From Diplonema japonicum (lineage: Eukaryota > Protista > Euglenozoa: Diplonemea): a stretch of DNA of 64,000 nt. Under the pieces are notes generated by a model that saw only the letters and a program-made list of their open reading frames with translations, had not been told where the DNA came from and made no database searches. A program made the translations under genes and the position numbers. The stretch covers positions 434,001 through 498,000 of the forward strand of contig OZ025691.1 of NCBI GenBank assembly GCA_964019335.1. The letters run 5' to 3'. This document shows, in pieces, positions 11,959-23,375 of the stretch (positions are counted from its first letter, which is position 1; each line of letters opens with the position of its first letter).

Positions 11959-14412
11959 ATGGATGTCATTGTTGTGGACTTCGGCTCAGAGCAGTGGAAG
12001 GTTGGATGGAGCGGGAAGGTGCCCACCATTCTTCCGTCCCCTGCGAATGCTGTGCGGGGCGGTCTGATCACCTCGTGGGATGCCTTTAGGTCTGGGTTAA
12101 TGCGGGTTTTTGCCCTCCTGACCGCCACCCCTGAGGAAAGTAACCTGCTGTACGTGGTTCCAGCTCAGTTCCCCGAGTCCTCTCTCCACCAGCTGCGCCA
12201 TGTGTCATTCGAGACTGGCGTCAGGTCAGTGCGCTGCATGCCTGCCCCGCCACTTGCCCTATGTTCTGAGGGGGCCTCGTCAGGTATTGTCATCGACATC
12301 GGCGCCACGAAGACCTCGCTCACCGCCGTCTACGAAGGTGCTATCCAAGACTACGCCGCCACCACCACGCCCTGCGGTGGCAAGCTCATCACCGACAAGG
12401 TCATCAGCGACTTCCAAGAACTGCATCACGTCCCCATCTCAACGGCCGAGGCCACCGCCATCATCCAGCAGCATGGATACGTTGCTGCAAACCCTAAAGC
12501 GCTGCAAGAGATCATCGAAAAGGGTAAGGCGGGTGCCCTCCCTCCTGTCATGTGGTCCAGGCGGCCTGGCGAGAGGTACGACGTCTCCGGCATCGTTGTC
12601 GACAGCTGTGAGGCGCTGTTCACCTCACATGCAGGGCTTGCCCTCGGTGCTCTTGTGCACAATGTGGTGGCAAAGATCTTCTCTGCTGACTTCAAAAGCT
12701 ACTCCACCATCGTGTCGACAGTGGTGCTGTGTGGCGGTGTGGCGGACTGCAAGGGTTTGGTTGACAGAATGAAATACGAGTTGCGCCCCTGGCCCAAGCT
12801 GCAGATTGCTTCAATGGCACAGAGGAAAGGCGTTTACAAATGTTGGTATGGTGCCGCACAGCTTGCGTCTCTCCCCAACTACCTCGCAGAGTGCACGATG
12901 CGCAATGCCTACTCGCCTTTGGAGATACCAGCTGCAGCAAGGCATCCCTCTCCTGTCGCTGCTCCCGCCATCATCCCCTTCACGTCAGCGGGACCTGTGA
13001 CGCCTGTTGTGGAACTGCCCCCACTAGCTGCGGTCCCCGCCCCAATGCCAGCACCCGGACCTGACACACCCAAGACAAAGGAGCTGAAGGAGCTAAGGGA
13101 ACAACAAGATGCGATGCGTAGCGAGCTACAGGAGCTGAAGAAGGGTGTGGAATGGGATAAGCTGAAGACAGACTCGCAGATGGTTTCCTTCAAAGCTGAC
13201 ATCGAGCTCGCCACGCTGCGCACGGGACATGAGGTAGCGAAGACTGTACGTGCTGCGCAACAGGAAGCAGTGGCAGAAAGCAGGCGCCAAGCAAGAGCCC
13301 ACGTGGGGCTTGTTGAAGCAGTTGCAGCAGCGAAGGCAGGGAGCACCGAGGAGTTGCAGAAGATTGTGCAGGAGCTTCGGAGCGATGCCGAAGTGGCACG
13401 CAAACATCAAATGGAGAGGGAGGAGTCGCTAGCCAGTGTCTTGCGCCAAAAGGTCAGCTCAGACGGGAGCGAGATGCGCCAGATGGCAGAGTCCGTAATG
13501 AAGCAAGCAGAAGAGACGCGAAAACAGCAGGCTGAGAGCGAAGACAGGCTTCTAGGAGTGCTGCAGTGCTTGCTCAACAAACAAGAACGCGAGATACCCC
13601 TCACCGGCAACACGTCTGCTGGCACAGGGACATCAAGGTACATTTCACCGAGGAGGACACCTAGGTCCGTCATGCGCAGCATGAGCCCCGCTCTGCCGAG
13701 CATCTCTGCATCGCCACAACCGCCCCAAGGGACAATTAAGTATGGAGCGACTGCAGAGGTGCCTCAGCAACCACCTCAGCAACAGGCACAGGAGTTGTTC
13801 CCCAGCCCGCCACCGCCAGAGAGTTCGATCGGGTCGCCCGCAGCCAGCCCCTTGCGAGGCAGGGAAGGGCAGCTTATTGTCGTCAAGGAAGGTGACAAAA
13901 CAGAGGAGGGTATTTTGGTCGGACCGTACGAAGGGGCGAACAGTAACTTAATAGGAAAGGACTTGTGGTGGGTTAGAATTAACAACATCAAGAAGCTGAA
14001 GCCCGGATACAGCTTAGTGGGTGGCACAGTGATGACGGGGGTGCAAAAGGTCATCGACTTCATTGACTCAGACCTGTCCCCGAGGAGCTTGGGGAAGCTT
14101 AAGACCATGCGGCAGAAGCTCGATGGGAAGCCTGTGTCAACACCCACGGAAGCGCTGTCCGAGGCGAGGAGCGATGCTTCAACAGAGGTCCCCTTGCACT
14201 ACGCGAAGAAGACCATTGCACCGCCTTCGACAGAGACGAACTTCACTTCCCCGTCCTTCCAGCACATCAAACCACTGGATGCACACAAACAGTACGAGCA
14301 CATAAACCCCCCGCGTCCCCGTGCTCCCTCGCCCCAGGATGACAAGTACGTCATACCACCAGTTGACTTCCCCACAGCATCCACTCACCAGGACTTCCCC
14401 TCCGCCTGGTGA
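11959..14412 (+). CDS. Divergent actin-related protein with long coiled-coil and Pro-rich C-terminal extension
   Basis: Actin-fold motifs VIVVDFGS..KVG, SGIVIDIG, GGKLIT, VVLCGG, WYGAA in the first ~320 aa, followed by a ~490-aa extension. Intronless. Confidence 0.8.
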   Translation: MDVIVVDFGSEQWKVGWSGKVPTILPSPANAVRGGLITSWDAFRSGLMRVFALLTATPEESNLLYVVPAQFPESSLHQLRHVSFETGVRSVRCMPAPPLALCSEGASSGIVIDIGATKTSLTAVYEGAIQDYAATTTPCGGKLITDKVISDFQELHHVPISTAEATAIIQQHGYVAANPKALQEIIEKGKAGALPPVMWSRRPGERYDVSGIVVDSCEALFTSHAGLALGALVHNVVAKIFSADFKSYSTIVSTVVLCGGVADCKGLVDRMKYELRPWPKLQIASMAQRKGVYKCWYGAAQLASLPNYLAECTMRNAYSPLEIPAAARHPSPVAAPAIIPFTSAGPVTPVVELPPLAAVPAPMPAPGPDTPKTKELKELREQQDAMRSELQELKKGVEWDKLKTDSQMVSFKADIELATLRTGHEVAKTVRAAQQEAVAESRRQARAHVGLVEAVAAAKAGSTEELQKIVQELRSDAEVARKHQMEREESLASVLRQKVSSDGSEMRQMAESVMKQAEETRKQQAESEDRLLGVLQCLLNKQEREIPLTGNTSAGTGTSRYISPRRTPRSVMRSMSPALPSISASPQPPQGTIKYGATAEVPQQPPQQQAQELFPSPPPPESSIGSPAASPLRGREGQLIVVKEGDKTEEGILVGPYEGANSNLIGKDLWWVRINNIKKLKPGYSLVGGTVMTGVQKVIDFIDSDLSPRSLGKLKTMRQKLDGKPVSTPTEALSEARSDASTEVPLHYAKKTIAPPSTETNFTSPSFQHIKPLDAHKQYEHINPPRPRAPSPQDDKYVIPPVDFPTASTHQDFPSAW

Positions 14413-14533
14413 GGTGCAATGCACTGTATTTTTTCGTCTGTAGTTTTCCTTTTCTTTTGTTCATACTTTCTTTGTACACTTGTTTCCTTGTTTTTCTTTT
14501 ATTCTCGAGTGCACCCCTCGTAACCATCACAGC

Positions 14534-15809
14534 ATGAGGCGGACAGCGGTTCAATGCACCCGCGTCGGGTCAAGGCACAGCCTTCCTGATGGCACGCTGC
14601 AGGGGCCTAAGTATGCGGCGCGAGATGGTTGGTCGCGACAGTGGATCGACCACCCTGCGATGCCTGGTGTGGGTGTGGACAGTGCGTGCGGAAAGGATGT
14701 GACAGTGAAGACCAAGTGGTTCAGCCCGTTGTCAATGCCTCATGGTGGGCTGCATAAGAATGTGCCGAGACCTGATGCGAGTCTTTTTGATGGCCCTGGG
14801 CTGAATGAGGCGGTGTGTGATGCTGCCGGCCTTCCCTCCTCTCCTGACTCCCTCACAGCTGCCAAGTGGAAAGTCAACCGTCTCTCTCGTGTGGACGAGT
14901 CGTACCGTATTGAGAACCAGACGGCAGCAGTGCCAGCCAACAAACCCCGTCCCCGCACCATTCCGTGCAGCGCGATGTCGTCGCCTGGCAGGCCAAGCCT
15001 GTGGCGGAACCTCCTCTCCAAGGTTGAAGGGAGCGCACCTGACCCGCTGCTGCGGAGAAGCGTTACCGACGTCCGGACCTACGCAGCGTCCTTGAAAGAG
15101 GAGGTGGCGGAGATGACGGTGCGGGGCAAGAAGGAAGGCGACAGGATGCGCGATAAAACACCTGCACGCCCATGGGAAGCCAGGCGGGACGCTACCATGC
15201 CTGAAGAGGAGACAGAGCCTTCGAGCATGAAGTTCTCCACAGACCCCTTCGCGGAGGGCATGTCCGTGCCCGCCACTGCGGTGATGCTGTATGCATGGGT
15301 TAGCGAATGGGAGACACAGGTGAAGATCGCTTGCCCGTGGGACAAGAAGCTCGTCGTGCACAGATGCACGGCGGAGCTACCGTGGGTGCTGGAGCAGCAG
15401 TGGAACTCACCGGAGGCGGCGCAGGAACTTGTAAAGGACTGCATCGAAGACTTCTATGAAATGGCCAAAAAGAAGAGTTACATTAAGTATGGGGGTTAGA
15501 AAGGAAAATTTTTCAACAGGGACAAGCTGACAGTCGTGGTGCACATGAATGGGTTCTGGGCGCAGAGGAGGGGCATCGTGCAGGGGCTCAACGACATGAG
15601 GAGCACAGTTGACTACTCATGGGTGGCAGACATCACACCCATACCCGTCCACGAGGTGTGCAGGAAAAACAAAAAAAAAAAAAAAAAAAAAAAAAAAGAC
15701 GGAGCTGCTCTTCCCTGTCTCCGCACCAGCCCCGAAGGTGGCGTCCTTCACGAGACGTATCGGTGCAGAAGATGGTCACGAAAGCAACCTGGGTGGGAGC
15801 ATCAAGTAG
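14534..15809 (+). CDS. Probable mitochondrial ribosomal protein uS11m with long N-terminal extension
   Basis: MRR- presequence. After introns 15487-15519 and 15656-15698 the C-terminal part reads SPEAAQ...LTVVVHMNGF..QRRGIVQGL...VADITPIP, matching the uS11 signature (AAQ...V.VKG.G..R.....AL...I.DVTPIP). Confidence 0.7.
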
Positions 15810-16002
15810 TGCCCTTTTTCATTTTCGGCCATCGGTATTCCTTTTTACTTTTTAAGATTCTTCTTCATACTTTCTTTTTTATGTCCGACCAGTGTTTTTT
15901 TTTTTGCCCCTTTTTCTTCTATCGGTATGACCCCATCCGGTATCTTAAGAAATCAGGCGGGGGGGGGGGGGGGAGAAGAAACAAAAAGAACAAAAAGAAA
16001 AG

Positions 16003-16566
16003 ATGATAGGAAGCGCTTTGAACGCGATACGAGCGGAGCGAGAGAAGAAAACACACGTACCGGTGCTGGATTTGAAGGATCTGCGGGTGCCTCCGAAGAA
16101 AAGAAACGGATTGAAACTACTGCAAGCAAGAGGGGCGGCACACGGGGTGTGCACTGCGGGCATCGACATCTTGGTACGGAGGTGTGAAGGGTTGCCTTTA
16201 ATGCCTGTGATAGAAGAGGAAACCGTGAGTCTAGCTGGCACGTGGAGCACGTTGACCTCTGACATCACCGCAAGCACCAACACCACAGTGAAAACTAAAT
16301 CAAGCGGTAATTCTTCTGATGAGAAGACTTCTAATGTTGCCGTTTTCCAAAAGCCCCTCCCACCGAAAACTGCCCACACACAAGGTGGTCGAGGCTGGAG
16401 GTGGATACGGCGAAAGAGCTGCCAGGTGGGAGCACCTGCCCCAAAGCATCCTCCCGGCTTCATGGAGTCGTCGGAGGGGACGGGAAAACCCCAACCACTC
16501 CAACGAAAGAAGCTTCAGAGGATTTCAAGAATTATTGCCGAAAACAGACCACCAAGCGTGGTGTGA
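16003..16566 (+). CDS. Hypothetical basic low-complexity protein (187 aa)
   Basis: ATG-initiated ORF with coding-like composition, flanked by homopolymer-rich DNA; no recognisable domain. Confidence 0.5.
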   Translation: MIGSALNAIRAEREKKTHVPVLDLKDLRVPPKKRNGLKLLQARGAAHGVCTAGIDILVRRCEGLPLMPVIEEETVSLAGTWSTLTSDITASTNTTVKTKSSGNSSDEKTSNVAVFQKPLPPKTAHTQGGRGWRWIRRKSCQVGAPAPKHPPGFMESSEGTGKPQPLQRKKLQRISRIIAENRPPSVV

Positions 16567-17838
16567 GCGGGAATAATTATTGTTTTTTTTTTTTTTTTTT
16601 TTTCGATCGGCAAAAAAAAAAAAGAAAAACTTTTTCAATTCACCTTCCCCCCCCCCCCCCCCCCCCCCACCCCGTTTTTTTTTCCCCTTTTCTTCAAGCC
16701 CGCTACTCCAGAGAACTTACATCTGGATGTTGGTGGGTGTCTTCTTCTTTTTTTTTTTCTGTCTTTCAATTTGGTAGCAAGGGAGGGCTGTTGAAAATCT
16801 GCAAAAAAGAAATAAAGTTGAAGTAAACAAGGGTTTTTTTTTTCTTTTCTCCCATTTTCGGGGGGGGGGGCTTCCAGAACTTTTTTTATAACAACTGCCA
16901 TTAGAAAATACTGTAGTAAACAAACAAAAAAAAAAGAAAAAAAACAAAGAAGAAGATAATACGGGGTATCATTTCGTCCCAGAAATTCTTTTTATCTGTT
17001 TATTTATTAGTCAGTCTATCCGAACCGAGTTGAAAGATAAAAAGGAAGCACTTAACATTTCAAAACTTGCCCCCCCCCCCCCCCCCCCCCCCCTCCCTCA
17101 GGTGGCAGTCCGGAGTCTTCTTTTTTTTTTGTTACTATTTTTTGTTTCAGTTTCCTTTTTTTTTTCTTCTTTTTGATGGGTCTTCTAGCTTCCCCTCTCA
17201 CTCCCATCGTAGTATTTCATTTTTTCCCTTTCCTCCCTTTTATTATTGCCTCCCCTGACTGCGAAGAAGAAGAAACGAAATAAATACAATATACCTTTTG
17301 ACCTCATAGTTCTGGCAAAGAAGCAGATGCCCTCCCCCACCCTTCCCGCGAGAAAATGGGGACCAAGCACGCCATGCCTGAGAGGTGCTGTTACAGCTTA
17401 CAAGCTCACTCTAAAGTGTCCTTAAACTACAAGCACCCTGTAACCTTGATAGGTTTTTTTTTTTTTTTTGATGAATCCGAGCTGAGAGAATACCTAGGCC
17501 CTTTCCCCCATAAGTTGATAAAATGACAGCAAAGAGGGAAAAAGGAACCATTTGTTTTCCCCCTCCCCATCTTTTTTATTTTTTTTTTTATACAAAAGTT
17601 TTAAACCCTAGCCCAGAGAGTAGGCCCCCTCCTTCCCCCCCCCCCCCCCTAATCTAAAAGACCGAATTCTTTTTTTTATTCCTTTATTGCGTTGCATTTT
17701 TTTTTCACTTGTGTCATCTTGACGTTAAGTGATCGAATTTTTCTTCTTTTTTCGTTTTTGTTTTTGTTTTTGTAATAAGTAAAAGGAAGAAAACAAGATG
17801 GGTTATGTAAAACAAAAGAAAAAAAGGGGGAGTGAGCC

Positions 17839-17968
17839 TTTTTCTTTTTCTTTTTCTTTTTCTTTTTCTTTTTCTTTTTCTTTTTCTTTTTCTTTTTCTT
17901 TTTCTTTTTCTTTTTCTTTTTCTTTTTCTTTTTCTTTTTCTTTTTCTTTTTCTTTTTCTTTTTCTTTT
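17839..17968. repeat. (TTTTTC)n hexanucleotide microsatellite, about 21 copies
   Basis: Perfect tandem repeat visible in the sequence; it produces the spurious FSFS and KEKE ORFs. Confidence 0.95.
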
Positions 17969-18822
17969 AAAGTTACATACTTTTGTTTTTTTTTTTTCTG
18001 TTTGATTAGTTGTGAGTTCCTGCTTTCCTTGAGTACTATTTTCATCAAGTTTTTTCCTATTTTTTTTTATTTGCTTTCCTTATTTTTATGAGAATGAAAT
18101 ACTGCTTGATGGTTGTACATAGTAGGAATCCCTCTCCCCCTCCCCTCTTCCTCATTTCGCTGTGTATTTTGCTTTTTGCCCCTTCTTGGTGGAGAGGTCA
18201 GAAAGCAGAAAGAAACAAATTTCTATGAACTTGTTTTGTTGTGATTATCAAAAAAAAGGAGATTTTTTTTATCCAGAGAAATGAAAGAAAACCCCCCCTT
18301 TTTTTTTTATTAAATGGATTTGAATGGCAGATTATTAGAAAGTCCCAGCTTTTCCAAAAGAATAATAAAAAATAAAAAATAAAAAGATTTAACATCACAC
18401 CGGTACTTGTACTTAATATGTTTCGGAAAAAAAGAATGTTCGAAAACAAAAATAAGAATTCTTATTTATTTATTTTTTTTTATTACGAAATTTAACTGGG
18501 TTTCGAGGTTTTTTTTTTTTTTTTTTTTTTTGCAACACTTCTTCCGTTTTCATATGAAGTCCAACTACGCTATGCCCATTCCTTATTTTCCGAGCACTTT
18601 TTTTTCTTCTTCTTCTTCTTCCTTTTTATATATTTATATTCTCCAGGGGGGCTGGCGTTGTGATTCTTTATGCCACACCGGAGCAGTGCCACTACAGCCT
18701 AATGGTGTTCAGTGCCACGTACTCGGCAAAGCAATGGCACGACGGCAGATGCACCTCCTTTCTTTTTAAGTTCCAAGAAGGTCTAACAGACAGGGCAGCA
18801 GTGGAGGCGCTCTACGGACGTA

Positions 18823-18874
<52 letters not shown>

Positions 18875-18975
18875 CCTTCTTGTTTTCCCATTCCCCAATA
18901 CTTTTTTTTTTCTTTTTTTTTTTTTTTCTAATGTATTCTCTCATAAAAAAAAAGAAATAGATTTTTTTACACAAC

Positions 18976-20148
18976 ATGTCTGTTCTACCTCTGATATGCC
19001 CTGCACCGCACCGTCCCTCCAGAGGGTCCCGTATAGTTATACGGACATCTTCTGCAGGCAGCGAAGGTGCTATAAGAATACCCCGAAAGGCAATGATCAC
19101 CCGCCCGCCCAGCAGCGAGAGAACCAGGATAAAAAGACTGAACGAGCTCGGAAACCTAAAGCGGGGCTTGGAAATGGAAATAGAAAAGGTCCGCGAGGCG
19201 ATGGGACTGCTCGCAGTACTGCCTTCTCCGCTGCCCAAGGAAGACACACCAGACAACAACTACGAGCCTGTGTGTGTCTTGGAAGATGTTGAGGAAGAAC
19301 AGAAAGAAGAACAGCGTAAGGAAGAAAGCGTTGAAGAACCCCCCCATCCTGCCATGCTTGTCTCCCCATCGCCTTTCAAAGAACGCCAACTAGGCGCTCT
19401 ACGACTTCTAGCAGAGCGGCCGAACACAAGCGGTATTGCACGCCTTGTCGCCATCGGGAGCTCCCTGTCTTCCTCCAAACTGTTCCGACTCCCTGACCTC
19501 AAGAGACTCTTAGACACCGGGCGGCGTGTGTCGTACGAGAAAGACATAGTTCTGAAGGGGCTGCTGCGTGTTGAAGGCATGTATGCCGACTCCATGGTTT
19601 CAACTCATAAGAAATGGAATGCGCCCCTCTCCCCTGTGAAGATTGAGAGTGTCAAGATATCGTATCAGCTGCTCGACTGGAGCAAGAAGTCAGAAGGCCA
19701 TCACCGGCTGCGGGATGTTATTCGCGCCTGTTCTGCTAACAGGTCGAAGGACTACCCGAACACCAGAGGTCTTGTGTCGATAGTTGGGTTGGGTTTGCTG
19801 TGCACGAACCCTGTGAAGGTGCCGATGCTGTTCCCGCAGAGGCTTGCCACGCCCGCGCATACTATTCGGTTCAAACCCGGGACTTACCAGAAGGGCCGTG
19901 GGCCGGGGAAGGTGTTTGCACTGGTACCCCCTTCCTTCGCACCCTTATCTGAGGAGTATGCTACTACCGAGTTCACGGCAGTACCTCCGCCTGAGCCGCA
20001 TCCTATGGCCACGCCCCCTGTGGCCCCTCCAGCGACTTCCTCTGTCCGGTACATCAAGCATAGGAAGAAACAAAAACGTCGACCTCACAAAGCGAGCCGT
20101 CTCGCTACTGTGCATGAGGCAGGAGGCACAGCCTTGCCGATGATATAA
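18976..20148 (+). CDS. Hypothetical protein (390 aa)
   Basis: Long ATG ORF after an A-rich acceptor (AG at 18959-18960), with a short coiled coil; no domain recognised. Confidence 0.6.
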   Translation: MSVLPLICPAPHRPSRGSRIVIRTSSAGSEGAIRIPRKAMITRPPSSERTRIKRLNELGNLKRGLEMEIEKVREAMGLLAVLPSPLPKEDTPDNNYEPVCVLEDVEEEQKEEQRKEESVEEPPHPAMLVSPSPFKERQLGALRLLAERPNTSGIARLVAIGSSLSSSKLFRLPDLKRLLDTGRRVSYEKDIVLKGLLRVEGMYADSMVSTHKKWNAPLSPVKIESVKISYQLLDWSKKSEGHHRLRDVIRACSANRSKDYPNTRGLVSIVGLGLLCTNPVKVPMLFPQRLATPAHTIRFKPGTYQKGRGPGKVFALVPPSFAPLSEEYATTEFTAVPPPEPHPMATPPVAPPATSSVRYIKHRKKQKRRPHKASRLATVHEAGGTALPMI

Positions 20149-20427
20149 GTGTACTCCTCCATTTCCATGGGGGGGGGGGGGGTGATTTTGGTTTTTATTT
20201 CCTTCTTGCCTGCTCTGCGGTGTACCTATACCTTAACCACCAACCCATCGGAGCACGCTGCCACTCTTACTGGGGGCGTCGGGGCGTTCCAAACTGGTGC
20301 TCGTGTTGTCCTTTTGCATCGACTTTCGCGGGGGTTTTTCGTGTTTTGTGGCTGAAGCATACGGTTCCATCCGGTCTACCTTGTCCCGGACGCTTGCAGC
20401 CGACATTCCATTTCCTGCAACATAGGA

Positions 20428-22299
20428 ATGAGGGCTGAAGATGTGGCCAATCGGACGTGGGGCGGCGTGAAGTCACCGGGGCACCACCCGGGAGGGAAGT
20501 TGGGGGAGCTGATGCGCGAGGAGGCAGGAGGAAGCATAGCACAGGAAGCCGTCGTGCCAACGGGGAATGTGCATGTTGAGCCATACAACCCGCTGGAGAT
20601 GTTTGCAACGCGGCATGAGGCCCCTGCACAGGGGGCAGCGTATCGAGTCGACAACGGCACACAAGGAGCAGAGGCAGAGGAGGCAGGCGAGGTCTTCAAT
20701 GGCGACGGGACTGTGGCGTACAACACGCACATCGGGAAGCTGTACGACGAGTCGGCACGTCTGCCGGAGAACACCAAGCAGGGGAAGGACCCGGACTTCG
20801 AAGTGATGAAGAGGTACGACCCACGGAAGGTGGGGGAGACACACCGCACGTACCACTGGAAGATGGCCGCAGTGATCGTGATGGTGGGCTTCATCACAAC
20901 AGGCGTGGCAGCCATGACAGTCCACTGGCGGCGCGACGGCTGCCTGCTGTACAAGCTGACTGTTATCGAGGGGCTCACAGACGACTGCTGCTCGAGTGAC
21001 TTCGACGTGTCGGGCGTGCTTGAGTTCATCGTAGCACGCCGCACAGCCTATCCACCGCAGGCCCCCTTCCCTCCAGCAGAGAACAAGCCACACTGCACCT
21101 CCATCAGCGACTGGCGCGACACCGACGCACGCACAGCGCACTTCATCGCGTTGTTCTTCGTGGCGGTCTCACTGCTGTTCCGCACGCTGGCCATCATATC
21201 ATTCCTCCGAGGCAGCAAGAAGATGAAGCTCTTCCCCGTTCTAACACTGTGCTGTGTTTTCTGCGGTGTGCTCTGCATCTTGGCGTATTACCTGACGTGG
21301 CGCAAGCGCTTCTCGACCGGCCCCGCACTGTGGTTCATGGGAATGCAGGTGATGGCAGACGTGGTGGCGTACTTCGCGACGAAGAGCAGCACACGACTCA
21401 ACTCCGACGGGAAGATGATGCCGAAGATCGCGGTGGTGATGGACAGCTGGCATCAAATGCCGAGAAGAGTGAAGCTGGCCTATGGATACCTGCTGCTTGG
21501 GTATGCTGTGTTGATCCTGCCCTTCGTCGTCCCATGGAAGGAGGACGTGCAGTGTGGCGACGACACCACAGGGACGGACCCTCTGGGGAATGTGGTGCCA
21601 GCACCGTGCTGCGTGTGGTACTACCTGATGTACACGAGGTCAAGGTGCGGGAGCGCAACTACCATCTTCGACTCGTCGCGTGCGTCTGTCTCGATGCTGA
21701 TCGCGACCATCACCGCCACAGTCCTCATTGCCATCGTGCTCTACTTCCAGACGATGGCAGCGTACTTGGGTTGGAAAAGAACGACTGCCTTCCCGAAGCC
21801 CGGTCTTATCTCAGCGTGGCTGATGGTACTGTGCTTGCTGCTGTTCGGTGCCATCTCCACGTCTGCAGGGACGCAGTTCACTTCCTTGTACGTCATCACC
21901 TGTGCCTACGAGGTGCTCAATGTCACGCAGCTGCACTGGTTGTACTGGAAGTACCATTCGCAGCTTCTGAGCGATAATTTCAACCAGCGACGTGTGAAGG
22001 CTGCACCCGACTCGCGGCACAGGTCAGGGCCCGTGAAGTTGGGGTACAACGGGCATCCTGACAGGACCGGCGTCCCGGAGGAGAGCAGGACAGGCACACC
22101 CCGCAACACACACCGCCCCATCCTCGTCAGCAAGGTCGAGACGCGGCGGGTTAAGTTTCTCGGCCAAGGCTACGTCCGAGGGAACGTACAATGCGAACAA
22201 GCAGAACAATCCACGCAACCCGATACTGTGGATATTAACTGGGAGGAGCAAGGCAACCCCCTTGAAGAAGCCTTTCCCCAAGCAGCACCCCCGAAATGA
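20428..22299 (+). CDS. Multi-pass membrane protein, apparently two tandem 4-TM units with Cys-rich loops (claudin/amastin-like topology)
   Basis: 623-aa ORF with about 8 hydrophobic segments; each unit has a Cys-rich loop after its first TM. Confidence 0.7.
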   Translation: MRAEDVANRTWGGVKSPGHHPGGKLGELMREEAGGSIAQEAVVPTGNVHVEPYNPLEMFATRHEAPAQGAAYRVDNGTQGAEAEEAGEVFNGDGTVAYNTHIGKLYDESARLPENTKQGKDPDFEVMKRYDPRKVGETHRTYHWKMAAVIVMVGFITTGVAAMTVHWRRDGCLLYKLTVIEGLTDDCCSSDFDVSGVLEFIVARRTAYPPQAPFPPAENKPHCTSISDWRDTDARTAHFIALFFVAVSLLFRTLAIISFLRGSKKMKLFPVLTLCCVFCGVLCILAYYLTWRKRFSTGPALWFMGMQVMADVVAYFATKSSTRLNSDGKMMPKIAVVMDSWHQMPRRVKLAYGYLLLGYAVLILPFVVPWKEDVQCGDDTTGTDPLGNVVPAPCCVWYYLMYTRSRCGSATTIFDSSRASVSMLIATITATVLIAIVLYFQTMAAYLGWKRTTAFPKPGLISAWLMVLCLLLFGAISTSAGTQFTSLYVITCAYEVLNVTQLHWLYWKYHSQLLSDNFNQRRVKAAPDSRHRSGPVKLGYNGHPDRTGVPEESRTGTPRNTHRPILVSKVETRRVKFLGQGYVRGNVQCEQAEQSTQPDTVDINWEEQGNPLEEAFPQAAPPK

Positions 22300-23035
22300 G
22301 TAGAATTTTTAGAATAAAACTTAGAATATTTCTTTTTAACACCAACCGTAACAACACTAATAAATATAACAGCAAAAAAAGAAAAGAATAATGAAGGCAG
22401 ATGCGGTGATGTACTTGGAAAGGAGCACTAGTGGCGGTAGTGATGTTAGTTCTGAATCGCAGTCGCAGGTCGGGACGAGGGTTGTGGGTAGTTTTTATCT
22501 GCAAAGGAAGAAGAAAGGGAGGGCTTCTGGCAGGGTGCCCCCTAAGGATATCTACTCCAGAGTGTAAATGTAGATTAGTAAGAATAAAATGAGGTGCTTT
22601 TTTTTTTTTAGTCTTTTTTATCCTTTCCTTCGCAGGTGGTTTTCTAGACCCCTTTTTTTATCTTTTTTTAAACTGCACGAGCGCAGAATCTTGGTTACCC
22701 GGGACGCCCCGGCTAGGGTTCACGCATTAAGGACACGACGCGGAACGCAGAAGAAGCTACTGCTCGGCCGAGGAGCGCCCCCTGTAATCAAGTAGGTAGT
22801 TCGTGCTTCATTGCACGCTTGACGCCACCTAGTGTTGCAATCAAAGCCCCATTTTTTTTTTGTAAAAACGAGTCTTTGATTTGTCTAAACAAAAGGGGAA
22901 CGTTGGCAACGTGTTTCGGGTTGACAAACTTCTCCAGGTTTTACCCGGCACATACAAACAACGGCCAGTTCCTCTTTTGAGGGGAAAATCAACACATCCC
23001 GTGCCATAACTTAAAACCCCCCTAGTGCGCACAAA

Positions 23036-23084
<49 letters not shown>

Positions 23085-23375
23085 AGTTCCAGAATAGTTT
23101 TATCCCTTCAAAAAAAAAAAAAGAAGGGGAAAAAAAAAAAGAGATACATATTTCTATTCATCAGGCTGAACGTAACCAAAAAACTAAACAACCAAAAAAA
23201 AGAAAAGAGAAAAAAAAAAAAAAAGAAAGGCTATAAGAAACATAGACCTTACTTTTTTTTCTTTTTTTTTTTTTCCAAAAAGAAAAAGAAAATGAAAGAG
23301 GAATAATTATTCCACCACGGGCCCTCCTGGTTCATGGTTGTTTGTTAAGTTTTTTTTTTTGGGGGCGGAACTAAC

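Noticed and set aside
17798-18091. ORFs rich in poly-F, poly-K, poly-P or (FS)n/(KE)n in intergenic DNA (also 3490-4400, 5400-7300, 30200-33400)
   Set aside because: These are translations of homopolymer and microsatellite tracts, with no coding signal.
22756-22808. Resemblance to the U2 snRNA 5' end (CTCGGCC...ATCAAGT)
   Set aside because: Spacing, stem I and the branch-pairing GTAGTA motif do not fit, and there is no Sm site.
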